64,000 nt of DNA from a virus: IMG/VR virus record IMGVR_UViG_3300030060_008394, positions 11,594 to 75,593 of that record. One strand, written 5' to 3'. The translations under genes were made by a program, and so were the position numbers. The notes under the pieces were generated by a model. It saw only the letters and a program-made list of their open reading frames with translations. It ran no database searches and was not told where the DNA came from. Positions 47,317-56,900 of this stretch are shown piece after piece. Positions within the stretch are counted from its first letter, which is position 1, and each line of letters opens with the position of its first letter.

Positions 47317-48105
47317 ATGAATATAAAATCTATTTTAACAGCTCTGTTACTATCGACAGGTTTACTATTTTCTTCTAATGAGATTTACTTAGATCAAATA
47401 GGAAGTGCTGGTGTTTTTAACATTTCGCAGATAGGGTCAGCTAACAAGTTAGGTGAAGGTACAAATCGCTCGCGTGTTGAAGGTGAGGAAGTAGTATTTA
47501 ACGTAGCTACTATTGGTAATGAAAACCTGGTTGATATTGATTCAATCGGTAACGAAGAAGAGGTAAATCTTCAAGTTGAAGGTGATGCTAATGAATTTAT
47601 TCTAGCATTAGAAGGTGATCAAAATACTGTAAATGCATTTGTTGCAGGTGATTCTAATAATATTCTTATTGCTGGCAATCAAGAAGATACACAAAAAGCT
47701 ACTGTTAATAATGGTTTAATAAATTTAAATGTTGAAGGGTCAACTAACGATATTGAGTTATTATTGTTTGATACATCATATACGTTTACAGATTATTTTA
47801 TTGGTGGTTCTTTAAACACAATTAGCTCTTATCAAGAAGGTCACGGAGGGCTAATTGGTCACTCCCAACTAGTTGATGTTTTCGGAAGTAGTAATAATTT
47901 ATTGATATCTCAAGTAGGTTCTGAAAGTCAGTTTATTGAACTTTCAATTCTTGGAAATGAAAACAACTACCAAATATTCCAAACCGATGGCGGCTTTGAC
48001 CCAACATTCATGCCTGAGCAAATTGGTAACGGGGTTACACCAGTTAATGATTTCTCCAATCCAGATGGTCCTCCGCAAGGTGGCCCTGGTGGTATTAATC
48101 CTTAA
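47317..48105 (+). CDS. Curlin-like (CsgA/CsgB-type) acidic repeat protein
   Basis: Signal peptide, then NEIYLDQIG and repeated (Q/V/I)xGxxN..I units; TAAATA 47306-47311. Confidence 0.7.
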   Translation: MNIKSILTALLLSTGLLFSSNEIYLDQIGSAGVFNISQIGSANKLGEGTNRSRVEGEEVVFNVATIGNENLVDIDSIGNEEEVNLQVEGDANEFILALEGDQNTVNAFVAGDSNNILIAGNQEDTQKATVNNGLINLNVEGSTNDIELLLFDTSYTFTDYFIGGSLNTISSYQEGHGGLIGHSQLVDVFGSSNNLLISQVGSESQFIELSILGNENNYQIFQTDGGFDPTFMPEQIGNGVTPVNDFSNPDGPPQGGPGGINP

Positions 48106-48982
48106 TATATTATCTGTTTCGGTTTATGCGGAAATAGGAAATGTAACATCACAGACTAAAGCAGCTAGAATTACCAGAAAGGGTGATAAAATTTTAACTG
48201 AAGTTAATACTCCAGTTGAAATGAGAGATCTAATAGAGACTCTAAAAGGTAGAACAAATATTAAATTTGTTGATGATACTAAAGTAAGTGTTACTGAGTA
48301 CTCTAAACTTCTAATTGATGAGTTTGTTTATAACCCAGAAAAGAAAACCGGTAAACTCTCTCTTAAAGCCGCACTTGGTACTATTAGATACTCTTCAGGA
48401 AAAATAGCAAAAAATTCTAGACAAAATGTAAAAATAAAATCTCCAACTGCTTCTGTATCTGTAAGAGGTACTGACTTTACGATGAATGTTCAAGAAGATG
48501 GTGCGAGTAGTTTTTTATTGTTACCATCAACAGACGATGCCGGTAAATCATATGTAGGTTCTATAGATGTATCAACTCTCGGGGGTACTGTAACGTTAAA
48601 CAAAGCGTATGAAGCTACTACAGTAACATCAGCAATTGCAGCTCCTACACCACCACAAGTTATAAAGCAAGACGGACCTGCAGTTAAAAAAGAAAAAAAG
48701 GATAAAGACGACTTAGAAAAGGATAATAATGCTGAAGATAACAATGATAAACAAAAGTTAGAAGATATAGAAATAAAGAGAAAAGAAAAACAAATAATGA
48801 ATACATTCTTAAAGATGGATGATGGTAGATATGTTTTCTTTTCGAAAGATAAAGATAATTTGATATCTTTAATAGTAGAAGATGGTGCTAACGTTACTGT
48901 AAATTATGATAACAGTGGTAGTATTATTAATGCAAAAATGAATTCCGGTAATAATGTTCTTTTTAATATAAAACAACAATGA
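48065..48982 (+). CDS. Exported FecR-domain protein
   Basis: Signal peptide MVLRKVALVVLILNILSVSVYA; F.DDTKVSVTEYSKL.IDEFVY, IKSPTASVSVRGTDF; start moved to ATG 48065. Confidence 0.8.
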   Translation: MVLRKVALVVLILNILSVSVYAEIGNVTSQTKAARITRKGDKILTEVNTPVEMRDLIETLKGRTNIKFVDDTKVSVTEYSKLLIDEFVYNPEKKTGKLSLKAALGTIRYSSGKIAKNSRQNVKIKSPTASVSVRGTDFTMNVQEDGASSFLLLPSTDDAGKSYVGSIDVSTLGGTVTLNKAYEATTVTSAIAAPTPPQVIKQDGPAVKKEKKDKDDLEKDNNAEDNNDKQKLEDIEIKRKEKQIMNTFLKMDDGRYVFFSKDKDNLISLIVEDGANVTVNYDNSGSIINAKMNSGNNVLFNIKQQ

Positions 48983-51036
48983 AATTTTTTAACATAAATG
49001 CTTACGCTATTTGTTTAGTAATTACCACAGCTATGGTACTACTAAGAATTTTTGATCCTTTTTTTGTAGAAACTGCTCGTCTTAAAGGTATTGATTACTA
49101 TCAAAACAAACAAGAAAAGGTAATATCTGAAAATATAGCTATAGTAGAAATAGATGAAAATAGTCTAGATGAATATGGTCAATGGCCTTGGGATAGAAGA
49201 TTAATTGCTAGTGGTATAACTAAAGCTTTCGAAAGTGGAGCTCAATTAGTAGTTGTACCTATATTATTTGCAGAAAAAGATAGACTTGGCGGCGACGAAG
49301 ATCTAGTAAATTTATTAAGCGAGGCTCCAGTTATTATAGGTCAATCAGCCAGTACAAAAGGGAAAGGAGAACCTGTCCCAAGAGGTCTAGCTACTATAGG
49401 AGAACCATTAGGGGATTGGCTTTATGATTATCCTGAAGCTATAGGACCTGTAAAGGAGTTGGGTGAAGTAGCTGCTGGTGTAGGTATGATATTAACGGCA
49501 CCAGAGTTAGATGGAGTTGTAAGAAGAATGCCATTAGTTATACAAATTAAAGGAGAAGCATACCCTACAATACCTTTAGAAGTTATAAGATTATTTTCCG
49601 GTGAGCAATCTTATCAAGCTAAAGTTGGATTAGGTGGCGTTGAAGCTATAAGAGTACCAGGATTTGATCCTATAACTACAGATGAAAATTCTAGAGTTTG
49701 GCTTAATTTTAAATATAATTTTAATAAAGTATCTTTTAACGAAGCTGATTGGTCAGTAGTAAAAGATAAAATTGCTGTTATAGGATTAACAGGGGAAGGT
49801 TTAGCTAATACAGTAGCTACACCAACAGGTATAAGTTATGGTCATGAAATAACTAGTCAAGCTCTACAAATGTTAATTGATGAGTCAAGATTACAAAGAC
49901 CTACAGAATCGACTATATTAGAAGTAATTATTACAGCATCATTCTGCTCCCTTCTTATCATTGGGGCTCTTTGGTTATCCTATAAGTTTAGCTTAGTATT
50001 AATACTTGCATCTTTAGCCGCAGGACCGTTTATCGGTAACATGTTATATGATAAGAATGGTTGGTTAATTGATTATACTTGGCCTTTTGCTTGTATATTT
50101 GTTACCTGGGCGTGTGCAACCTTTATTAGATTTATAAACGAAAGTAAATCTAAACTACAAATAAAGAAACAGTTTGAACATTATCTCGCTCCTCCTATAG
50201 TTAAATTACTACAAAAAGATCCTTCGTTATTAAAGTTGGGAGGAGACACCAGAGAGTTGTCTATACTGTTTAGTGATTTAAGAGGCTTCACTTCTATAAG
50301 CGAGCACTTTAAAACTAACCCTCAAGGATTAACAGAATTAGTTAACAGATATTTAACTCCTATGACAGGGTGTGTTATAGACCATAATGGTACAGTAGAT
50401 AAATTTATTGGTGATGCATTAATGGCTTTTTGGAATGCTCCTTTAGATGTTAAAGATCATAGAGAAAAGGCTATACACTGTGGTAGAAAAATGTTTCATT
50501 TATTAGCTAAACTTAATAATGAAGTTATGAGTGAAGGGTTAGAAGAACTTAAAATAGGTGTTGGTATTAATACAGGTGATGTTGTTGTAGGTAATATGGG
50601 ATCTGATCAACGGTTTGATTACACTTGTCTAGGAGATGCTGTAAACTTATCTTCAAGATTAGAAGGACAAACAAAAGAATATAGAGTAGGTATTATTGTA
50701 GGAGAAGAAACTACAAAAGGTATTGAAGAGAGATTTAACTTTGTAGAACTAGATAAAATAGCAGTAAAAGGTAAAAAAGAAGGAGTTAGAATATTTACAA
50801 TTTTAGATGATACCTCGCGATGCGCGAATGGAGGAGACGTTAAACACCATGACACGTTTTTATCTTTCTATAGAAAACAACATTGGAACAGAGCTCTTAA
50901 AATGATTGATTTAAACCAAATTACATATCCTGAGTTAAAGGGATATTATGAAATGATGAGAGAAAGAATAGAAACTCTCAAAGTTAATAGACCTGGTAAA
51001 GGTTGGGATACAATTTATAGAGCTACTTCGAAATAA
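48979..51036 (+). CDS. CHASE2-domain membrane adenylate cyclase (class III)
   Basis: IVEIDENSL..YGQWPWDR, ELDGVVRR, three TM helices, LFSDLRGFT, VDKFIGDA, DYTCLGDAVNLSSRLE. Confidence 0.93.
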   Translation: MKFFNINAYAICLVITTAMVLLRIFDPFFVETARLKGIDYYQNKQEKVISENIAIVEIDENSLDEYGQWPWDRRLIASGITKAFESGAQLVVVPILFAEKDRLGGDEDLVNLLSEAPVIIGQSASTKGKGEPVPRGLATIGEPLGDWLYDYPEAIGPVKELGEVAAGVGMILTAPELDGVVRRMPLVIQIKGEAYPTIPLEVIRLFSGEQSYQAKVGLGGVEAIRVPGFDPITTDENSRVWLNFKYNFNKVSFNEADWSVVKDKIAVIGLTGEGLANTVATPTGISYGHEITSQALQMLIDESRLQRPTESTILEVIITASFCSLLIIGALWLSYKFSLVLILASLAAGPFIGNMLYDKNGWLIDYTWPFACIFVTWACATFIRFINESKSKLQIKKQFEHYLAPPIVKLLQKDPSLLKLGGDTRELSILFSDLRGFTSISEHFKTNPQGLTELVNRYLTPMTGCVIDHNGTVDKFIGDALMAFWNAPLDVKDHREKAIHCGRKMFHLLAKLNNEVMSEGLEELKIGVGINTGDVVVGNMGSDQRFDYTCLGDAVNLSSRLEGQTKEYRVGIIVGEETTKGIEERFNFVELDKIAVKGKKEGVRIFTILDDTSRCANGGDVKHHDTFLSFYRKQHWNRALKMIDLNQITYPELKGYYEMMRERIETLKVNRPGKGWDTIYRATSK

Positions 51037-51193
51037 TAAATGAAGCAAGAGCCCAAGCAGGACCAACCATTAAAGCAGTTCCGGCTATCCACACCAAAAC
51101 ATATAATAAAATTCGCTTAATTGGATTATTTACAAGAGGAAAAAACTCTCTATCGTTTGCACGTGTTATAATCGTCTGGTGACTATCTTTCAC
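51023..51193 (-). CDS. Small membrane protein, 56 aa, absent from the ORF track
   Basis: Own translation from GTG: MKDSHQTIITRANDREFFPLVNNPIKRILLYVLVWIAGTALMVGPAWALASFIISK; TAAATA 6 nt upstream. Confidence 0.5.
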   Translation of the reverse strand: MKDSHQTIITRANDREFFPLVNNPIKRILLYVLVWIAGTALMVGPAWALASFIISK

Positions 51194-51202
51194 TTAATAT
51201 AT

Positions 51203-51994
51203 TTATGATCTAAGCAGGTTTTTGAACTCATCTACATTATAGACAATATCTCTCTCTTGCTCTTCATCTACATTAGAGTTAATAAGATCAGCTAAAAGCG
51301 TTTTAGGTTTATCGAGTAGTCCAATACCCTTATAGTATCTTTTACCAACGATACCAGCTACTACAGGATTTGAAGTATCTACAGACCTAATACTGCTAAT
51401 AAATTTATAGTCTTTAAACTCTTGTGCTAAAGAACAACCTAGCAAATGATGCGGTTTACTATGATCCCATATTCCATCATCAATAAGCATTTTAATCAGA
51501 CGCCTCCTACCTTTCATTTGCTGTTGTAATTTACAACCTACCTTAGAAAAGGTAATAGTTTCGTACCAAGAGTAATCAAAAGAAATAGCAATATAGTCAG
51601 CATGATTAGCCATATACTTATAGCACTCTACCAACTCTTGATACGTTTTACCTTGTACAACTCCTATTTTCAAACCAGGTAAATCAGGATAATTTAAAGT
51701 AAACTTATTAAATGAAGAGCAAGTTTGTTGACTATTTTCTAATACATCAGGTACAACATAGTATGTAGGTTTTAACTCTAAAACATACTCAGCAAATTTC
51801 TTAGCATCAAACGCATGCCCTAATTCAAAGATAGAATTATCTAATAGAACCTCTCTACCTAGAGTTTTAGATACTTTAAAGAAATTATAATATTCAGGCT
51901 CTGTTTCAAACAAATGTACAAGAGCGTAATCATAATCATTATAATTACGTGATTCATCTAACATTGATATAGGAGATTCATGACTTACAAGCAT
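51203..51994 (-). CDS. TGT-like TIM-barrel protein, candidate DNA 7-deazaguanine transglycosylase (DpdA-like)
   Basis: VLLDNSIFE, VVPDV, GVVQG, HHLLG, RSVDTSNP resemble the TGT LDSG, PD, QG, HxLG and S.DS motifs; queF in the same genome. Confidence 0.6.
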   Translation of the reverse strand: MLVSHESPISMLDESRNYNDYDYALVHLFETEPEYYNFFKVSKTLGREVLLDNSIFELGHAFDAKKFAEYVLELKPTYYVVPDVLENSQQTCSSFNKFTLNYPDLPGLKIGVVQGKTYQELVECYKYMANHADYIAISFDYSWYETITFSKVGCKLQQQMKGRRRLIKMLIDDGIWDHSKPHHLLGCSLAQEFKDYKFISSIRSVDTSNPVVAGIVGKRYYKGIGLLDKPKTLLADLINSNVDEEQERDIVYNVDEFKNLLRS

Positions 51995-51999
51995 ACCTT

Positions 52000-52037
52000 A
52001 TTATAGGTACTTGAGTTAAAGATTCAACGATTAAATA
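52000..52037. promoter_or_regulatory. Divergent promoter pair: minus TTGAAT-N16-TATAAT and plus TAAATA
   Basis: Minus -35 at 52022-52027, -10 at 52000-52005 (5 nt to ATG 51994); plus TAAATA 52032-52037, 5 nt to GTG 52043. Confidence 0.65.
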
Positions 52038-52042
52038 TATTT

Positions 52043-52801
52043 GTGAGTGTTTACGTTAGAGGCTCTAATCAAGGAAATGAATACAGAAGAGACGATCAAT
52101 CGTTTTTTAAGGGTATTGTTGTAAAAAATAATGACCCGGAACAATTGCTTCGTGTAAAGGTATATATTCCCGAAGTATCAAATCAACCTTTAGAGAATTG
52201 GCTTCAAGCGTTTGCGGATGATGAAATAAACGTACGTTTTCCTGGTGTAAATAATCCATCTGATAACTGGTCAGATACTAAAATTTTTGAAGATATGGCT
52301 CAATTTATACCTTGGGCTGAGCCTGTTATTCCTATTCTAGGTGAATTTGGACCAATGCGTTATAATGGCCCAGGAGAAATTGGTATAGCTTCAGATACTA
52401 ATTATAAAGAAGGATTTCAAACAAATGATACAAAACCGCCTACTATTGAAGAAGGTTCTTTTGCTCCAGCATTTGCATATGAAAACCTCGAAACAAATAT
52501 TGGAGATGCTTATACTAATCCTACTAACAACTATACTGTTAATAACAACCCCTATGGGCAAGATTTTCAGCCAATTAATTACACAAATGCACCTGCAGGT
52601 AATTTTAGCGTACCGAGAGTTGGTGCGCAAGTATGGATTTTTCATTACCGCGGTGACTTAAACTTTCCTGTATATTTTGGTGGAAGAATGAGTTATAGAG
52701 AAACAGGGCCTATTTTTGCAGACGCGCCTTCAACTGATGAAGGACCAGCTCCAAGTCAAGATTACCCAGATGAATTTGAAAACAAACCAGCAACAGCTTA
52801 A
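52043..52801 (+). CDS. Baseplate hub gp5-like N-terminal OB-fold protein
   Basis: GIVVKNNDPEQLLRVKVYIP, PWAEP, PRVGAQVWIF...GDLNFPVYFG. Confidence 0.8.
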   Translation: MSVYVRGSNQGNEYRRDDQSFFKGIVVKNNDPEQLLRVKVYIPEVSNQPLENWLQAFADDEINVRFPGVNNPSDNWSDTKIFEDMAQFIPWAEPVIPILGEFGPMRYNGPGEIGIASDTNYKEGFQTNDTKPPTIEEGSFAPAFAYENLETNIGDAYTNPTNNYTVNNNPYGQDFQPINYTNAPAGNFSVPRVGAQVWIFHYRGDLNFPVYFGGRMSYRETGPIFADAPSTDEGPAPSQDYPDEFENKPATA

Positions 52802-54615
52802 TGAGTAGACAAGAAGCATCAGAACAAGACTATAAGAATAAATTTGTCTGGAACCAACGTGGTGGGGCAATTGAGATAAACAACTCTACAGATAGAGAAG
52901 CTGTAAATATATCTCATTTCTCTGGCTCAAATGTTAAGCTTAATAATATGGTTAACAGTGAACTTGCAGCTAATAATAAACAAGTTAAGGTTAACAATGA
53001 TAGTTTTGAAACAGTATTAAATGATAAAAATGTTTATACCGGTAAAGACTATATTGAGAGAGTAGTTGAAAATACATACAAATATAAAGGCTTTAATGAT
53101 CAAGATGAAATTGATGCTGCTGAAGAATGGAAAGAATTATATAGACCGATAGCTGAAAAAAATTCTCAATTTGATATTTTAAGAGGGGGTAAGAGTTATC
53201 CAAATGGAGTAGATACACCACAATCTGGCGGTAGGGCTCCAAACTCAACTGAGAGACAAGAACATTATGTTATAAATGATGCTTACCCGGGCTACGGGTT
53301 AACACCTATTGTTGACTTTGGAACAGACGATGTTACAGATTATGTTCCTGTTTCTCCAATAGTTAACCCGGGAGTTTTATTAGGTGTAAATCCATCATTA
53401 GTTGATATCGACACTGGTTCTGGTCCGAGTGGTTACGCTTCAAATGCCGACGGTGTTGTAAAATATGGCCCGGGATTAAATGCAGCTACTGAGGAGGGTG
53501 AATGGGGTATTAATCCAGATAAGGAAGATATACCTGAAGATCTTATAGCGCTACAAGAAGAACTTAATCCCGTCGAACAAAGAATGGGTAATGGGGGCGA
53601 TGAAGAGGAATTTACTTATAGAAATAAACTTGAAGTTGTCGGTGCCGCAACAAATGATTATCCTTCAGTTCGAATAGACCCGGAAGGAAGATCACAGCCG
53701 TCGGAGGTTAATGTTGGTGTAGATACATCATATGTAAATGTAGATAGCGTACCACATGTGGAGGAGGTAGATAATTCTAGTGCTTTCCCTGTAGGTAATT
53801 ATACCTTAAATGTAGGTAATAAATATGATGTTGTTGTTGGTTCTGGTGGTATACAGCTTAAAACTAGCGGCCCTGTTGAGATAGGTGGAACAACTTTAAA
53901 GATGTCAGCTCATAAAATCAATCTACAATCAGCAGCTGGTGTAAATATATCAAGCGAAAATATTGTTGAGCTACAATCTGCAAAAAGTATCGCTTTAAGA
54001 TCAAATAGACAAATTTTAGTTGAACCAGGATTAGGTGTTAAGAATAACGCTATTATTGGCGGTTCAACATATACAGAGGGTGAAACATACTTACACCATG
54101 TTACAGCACCTGCGGAGGTTCAGCAAACAGAAGAAACAATAGTATTTTCAAAGCTTCTTAAAGACTTAAAATTTAAAGCTACTATTAAAGGTTTTAGTCA
54201 ACTAGAAGATCTCTTTACAGGTTCGACAGAGGTAACAATTACGTTGGTAAAGGATAGCAATGAAGGGTTCGTTGAAGCAGCTCCTCACAGTCATCACTTT
54301 AAGAATTTACCTTTAAGATTAACCGACAGTAATATAGCTCTTAGAGAGATAGCGCAAGGAGAAGGTATTAACATAAATGGTTATCAATCAGCTGCACAAG
54401 CAGTAGTACATGAAAAGAAACAACCTACAAATACACCTCAGCCGCCTAGAGCATTAACAGTTGATAGTGCATTTCTTGATCCTCATGATAGAACGAGACT
54501 TGAACCAGATGGTGTAATATTACCAGAGCCGCCAGATGTACCGAAGGATGGAGCTTTACCTGAAAATGAACCGGGCCTTATTGATCGAATTCAGTCCGGA
54601 GAGGAAGACTTTTAA
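52801..54615 (+). CDS. gp5-like C-terminal spike/beta-helix protein
   Basis: NQRGGAIEIN...HFSGSNV.LN, then short beta repeats (YTLNVGNKYDVVVG); TAATG-coupled to the OB-fold gene. Confidence 0.6.
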   Translation: MSRQEASEQDYKNKFVWNQRGGAIEINNSTDREAVNISHFSGSNVKLNNMVNSELAANNKQVKVNNDSFETVLNDKNVYTGKDYIERVVENTYKYKGFNDQDEIDAAEEWKELYRPIAEKNSQFDILRGGKSYPNGVDTPQSGGRAPNSTERQEHYVINDAYPGYGLTPIVDFGTDDVTDYVPVSPIVNPGVLLGVNPSLVDIDTGSGPSGYASNADGVVKYGPGLNAATEEGEWGINPDKEDIPEDLIALQEELNPVEQRMGNGGDEEEFTYRNKLEVVGAATNDYPSVRIDPEGRSQPSEVNVGVDTSYVNVDSVPHVEEVDNSSAFPVGNYTLNVGNKYDVVVGSGGIQLKTSGPVEIGGTTLKMSAHKINLQSAAGVNISSENIVELQSAKSIALRSNRQILVEPGLGVKNNAIIGGSTYTEGETYLHHVTAPAEVQQTEETIVFSKLLKDLKFKATIKGFSQLEDLFTGSTEVTITLVKDSNEGFVEAAPHSHHFKNLPLRLTDSNIALREIAQGEGININGYQSAAQAVVHEKKQPTNTPQPPRALTVDSAFLDPHDRTRLEPDGVILPEPPDVPKDGALPENEPGLIDRIQSGEEDF

Positions 54616-54617
54616 TA

Positions 54618-55247
54618 TTACTTAATTTCGTCAACAAGACCTAATTCCAAACATGTCTTGCTATCAAACCAAAGATCGTGCTGTAAGATCTCGTTTAACT
54701 TTTTCATAGGTACATTAGTATACACTTTATAAATCTCTTTAATTGTACTCATTAAGTGTTTATTGTTTTCCATATCATCCTCAAGCTCGTTGTACTTGCC
54801 ATAAGACCCAGCGCTGAGTTGGTGAATTAACATCTTTGAATACTTACCCATAAATCGTTTGGTACAAGCTACAGAAATAATTGTTGCAGCAGAAGCTGCG
54901 GCTCCTTCAATAATAGAATGAACTTCACATTTTAAGTTACGTATAACATCTACTGTTGCTAATCCCGCAAAAAGTGAACCACCATAAGAGTTAATATGAA
55001 GCTTAATAACAGGGTTAATATCTAGGAATACATTTGTAATTGAAAGCTTTTTATCTAGCTCATATAGGGCAGTATTTAGTTCTAATGCGTTAGCTTCAGT
55101 AATGTCCCCGTAAAAATATATGTTATTTTCTACAATACGTGTCACTGCTCCAGAAGACGCCGGCGCAGCATTAATAATATACTGCGGGCTAGGTTGTTCT
55201 TGATGCTCTTCACATTGCTCCTCTTGATTTAAATATTTCCATTTCAT
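54618..55247 (-). CDS. ClpP/S14-like serine protease
   Basis: INSYGGSLFAG, AASAAT (Ser), MLIHQ (His), HDLWF (Asp), LGLVDEI; start moved to MKWKY at 55247. Confidence 0.8.
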   Translation of the reverse strand: MKWKYLNQEEQCEEHQEQPSPQYIINAAPASSGAVTRIVENNIYFYGDITEANALELNTALYELDKKLSITNVFLDINPVIKLHINSYGGSLFAGLATVDVIRNLKCEVHSIIEGAAASAATIISVACTKRFMGKYSKMLIHQLSAGSYGKYNELEDDMENNKHLMSTIKEIYKVYTNVPMKKLNEILQHDLWFDSKTCLELGLVDEIK

Positions 55248-55251
55248 AATA

Positions 55252-56898
55252 TTAACCCTGGCAAGAAGCACAATTAAGAATATTTCTTGCTAACTCTTGA
55301 GCTGGGTTGGCACTTCTCTGATAGTATAACGACTTAATGCCACTTTGCCAGGCATAAATTAATAATTCATTAACTTCTTTCGGTTTCGTCTCTGGCGGTA
55401 TCATTACATTTAAAGACTGGCCTTGATCAATATACTTTTGTCTCATTGCAGCTTGTATAATAATCTCTTTTTGAGATATCTCTCCAAAAGTTTTAAATAC
55501 ATCTTTTTCTTCTTCAGATAAAAATTTTAAATGTTGTACACTCCCACCATGCGTTAAAATACTTTTCCAAGTAGTAGGAGTATCTTTATCCTTTTCCTTT
55601 AGAAGCTTTACTAAGTGCGGGTTACGAAAAGTAAATTTTCCTTTTGCTAAATCCTTTACAAAGTAGTTTGAGTTTAAAGGTTCAATAGAAGGAGATATTT
55701 GGCCTAAGATAAAAGAGCTGCTCGTTGTTGGAGCAATAGCCATAGTAGTAGCATTTCTAATACCATAACCTTTACAAAGCTCAGGCTCTCCAAACTGTTC
55801 AGCTAACTCTGCAGTAGCTTTATCGCAACGCTCTTTCATAAGCACGAATATTTCTTGATTAATACCTTTAGCCATCAATGACTCAAAAGCAATCATTTTA
55901 GATTGTAGATATGAGTGCCAGCCTAGAACACCAACACCTAACGCTCTTTGTCTTACTGCAAAGTTATGCGGTGCTTCCATATACTTAACACCTTCCGTCT
56001 TTTTAATAAATTCTGACATTACAGCGTCAAGAAAATAAACTAATGTTTCTATTGCATCAGTCTCTTTTAACTCGTCCCATTTTGCTAGATTAATTGAAGA
56101 TAAATCACAAACAAATGATTCATCTTCATCTGTAGATAAAAATATTTCTGTACAAAGATTACTTGCATGTATTTTTTTACCTTTATCTTTATAAACCTGT
56201 GGCGCGTTATTATTAGCAGTATCTGTCCAAAAGATATAAGGATAGCCAGTCTCATACCTTTTCTTAATAATACTAGCCCAAAGCTTACGTTTAACCTTAT
56301 CACCATCCACCACATCCTGCATCCACTCATCGGTAATACAAACGCCAAAAGATAAATCCTGAATAGGATCTCCTTCCGATCTTATTCTCATAAATTCTTC
56401 AATGTCCGGATGATCTACCGGTAGGTATGCTGCAAAAGAGCCACGTCTAACATTACTCTGTGATACATAATTTATAAGAGCGTCAAATACTGTTAACTGA
56501 TGATGCACACCGGTTGCAGCCCCTCCTGATGAAATAGGAGCTCCTCTATGCCTAACAGCACCAAAGTAAGCTGAAGTCCCGCCACCAACCTTAGACATAG
56601 TACCAACCTCTGATACTTTTGTTAAAATCTTCTCCATATCATCGGGAATAAAACTACCAAAACACGAAATAGGTAAACCTCTCCCTTTACCAAAATTAGA
56701 CCATATAGGAGAAGAGAGGGAATAATACCCCTTCGACATATAGTCTGTAAACTTATCAGCGAACCCCTTTATACCAAGATACTTTTCTGCTGTTTTTGCT
56801 ATAGTTTCTATTCTTTCTTCTGCAGTTTCATCTCTTTCTAAATAACCTCGTTTAAGAAATTTTCTCGAATCAGCGTTTAGCCAGCTATAATTTTTCAT
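55252..56898 (-). CDS. nrdA: Class I ribonucleotide reductase alpha subunit (short, no ATP cone)
   Basis: GLPISCF, SNLCTEI, CDLSSINL, APTTSSS, KSLYY, C-terminal CASC. Confidence 0.95.
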   Translation of the reverse strand: MKNYSWLNADSRKFLKRGYLERDETAEERIETIAKTAEKYLGIKGFADKFTDYMSKGYYSLSSPIWSNFGKGRGLPISCFGSFIPDDMEKILTKVSEVGTMSKVGGGTSAYFGAVRHRGAPISSGGAATGVHHQLTVFDALINYVSQSNVRRGSFAAYLPVDHPDIEEFMRIRSEGDPIQDLSFGVCITDEWMQDVVDGDKVKRKLWASIIKKRYETGYPYIFWTDTANNNAPQVYKDKGKKIHASNLCTEIFLSTDEDESFVCDLSSINLAKWDELKETDAIETLVYFLDAVMSEFIKKTEGVKYMEAPHNFAVRQRALGVGVLGWHSYLQSKMIAFESLMAKGINQEIFVLMKERCDKATAELAEQFGEPELCKGYGIRNATTMAIAPTTSSSFILGQISPSIEPLNSNYFVKDLAKGKFTFRNPHLVKLLKEKDKDTPTTWKSILTHGGSVQHLKFLSEEEKDVFKTFGEISQKEIIIQAAMRQKYIDQGQSLNVMIPPETKPKEVNELLIYAWQSGIKSLYYQRSANPAQELARNILNCASCQG

Positions 56899-56900
56899 AT

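Noticed and set aside
47936-48064. Extended N-terminus of the FecR ORF (and of ORFs at 8926, 12088, 55271, 60642)
   Set aside because: These extensions overlap neighbouring genes or promoters; downstream ATGs give a signal peptide, a family-like N-terminus or the TAAATA-N5 spacing
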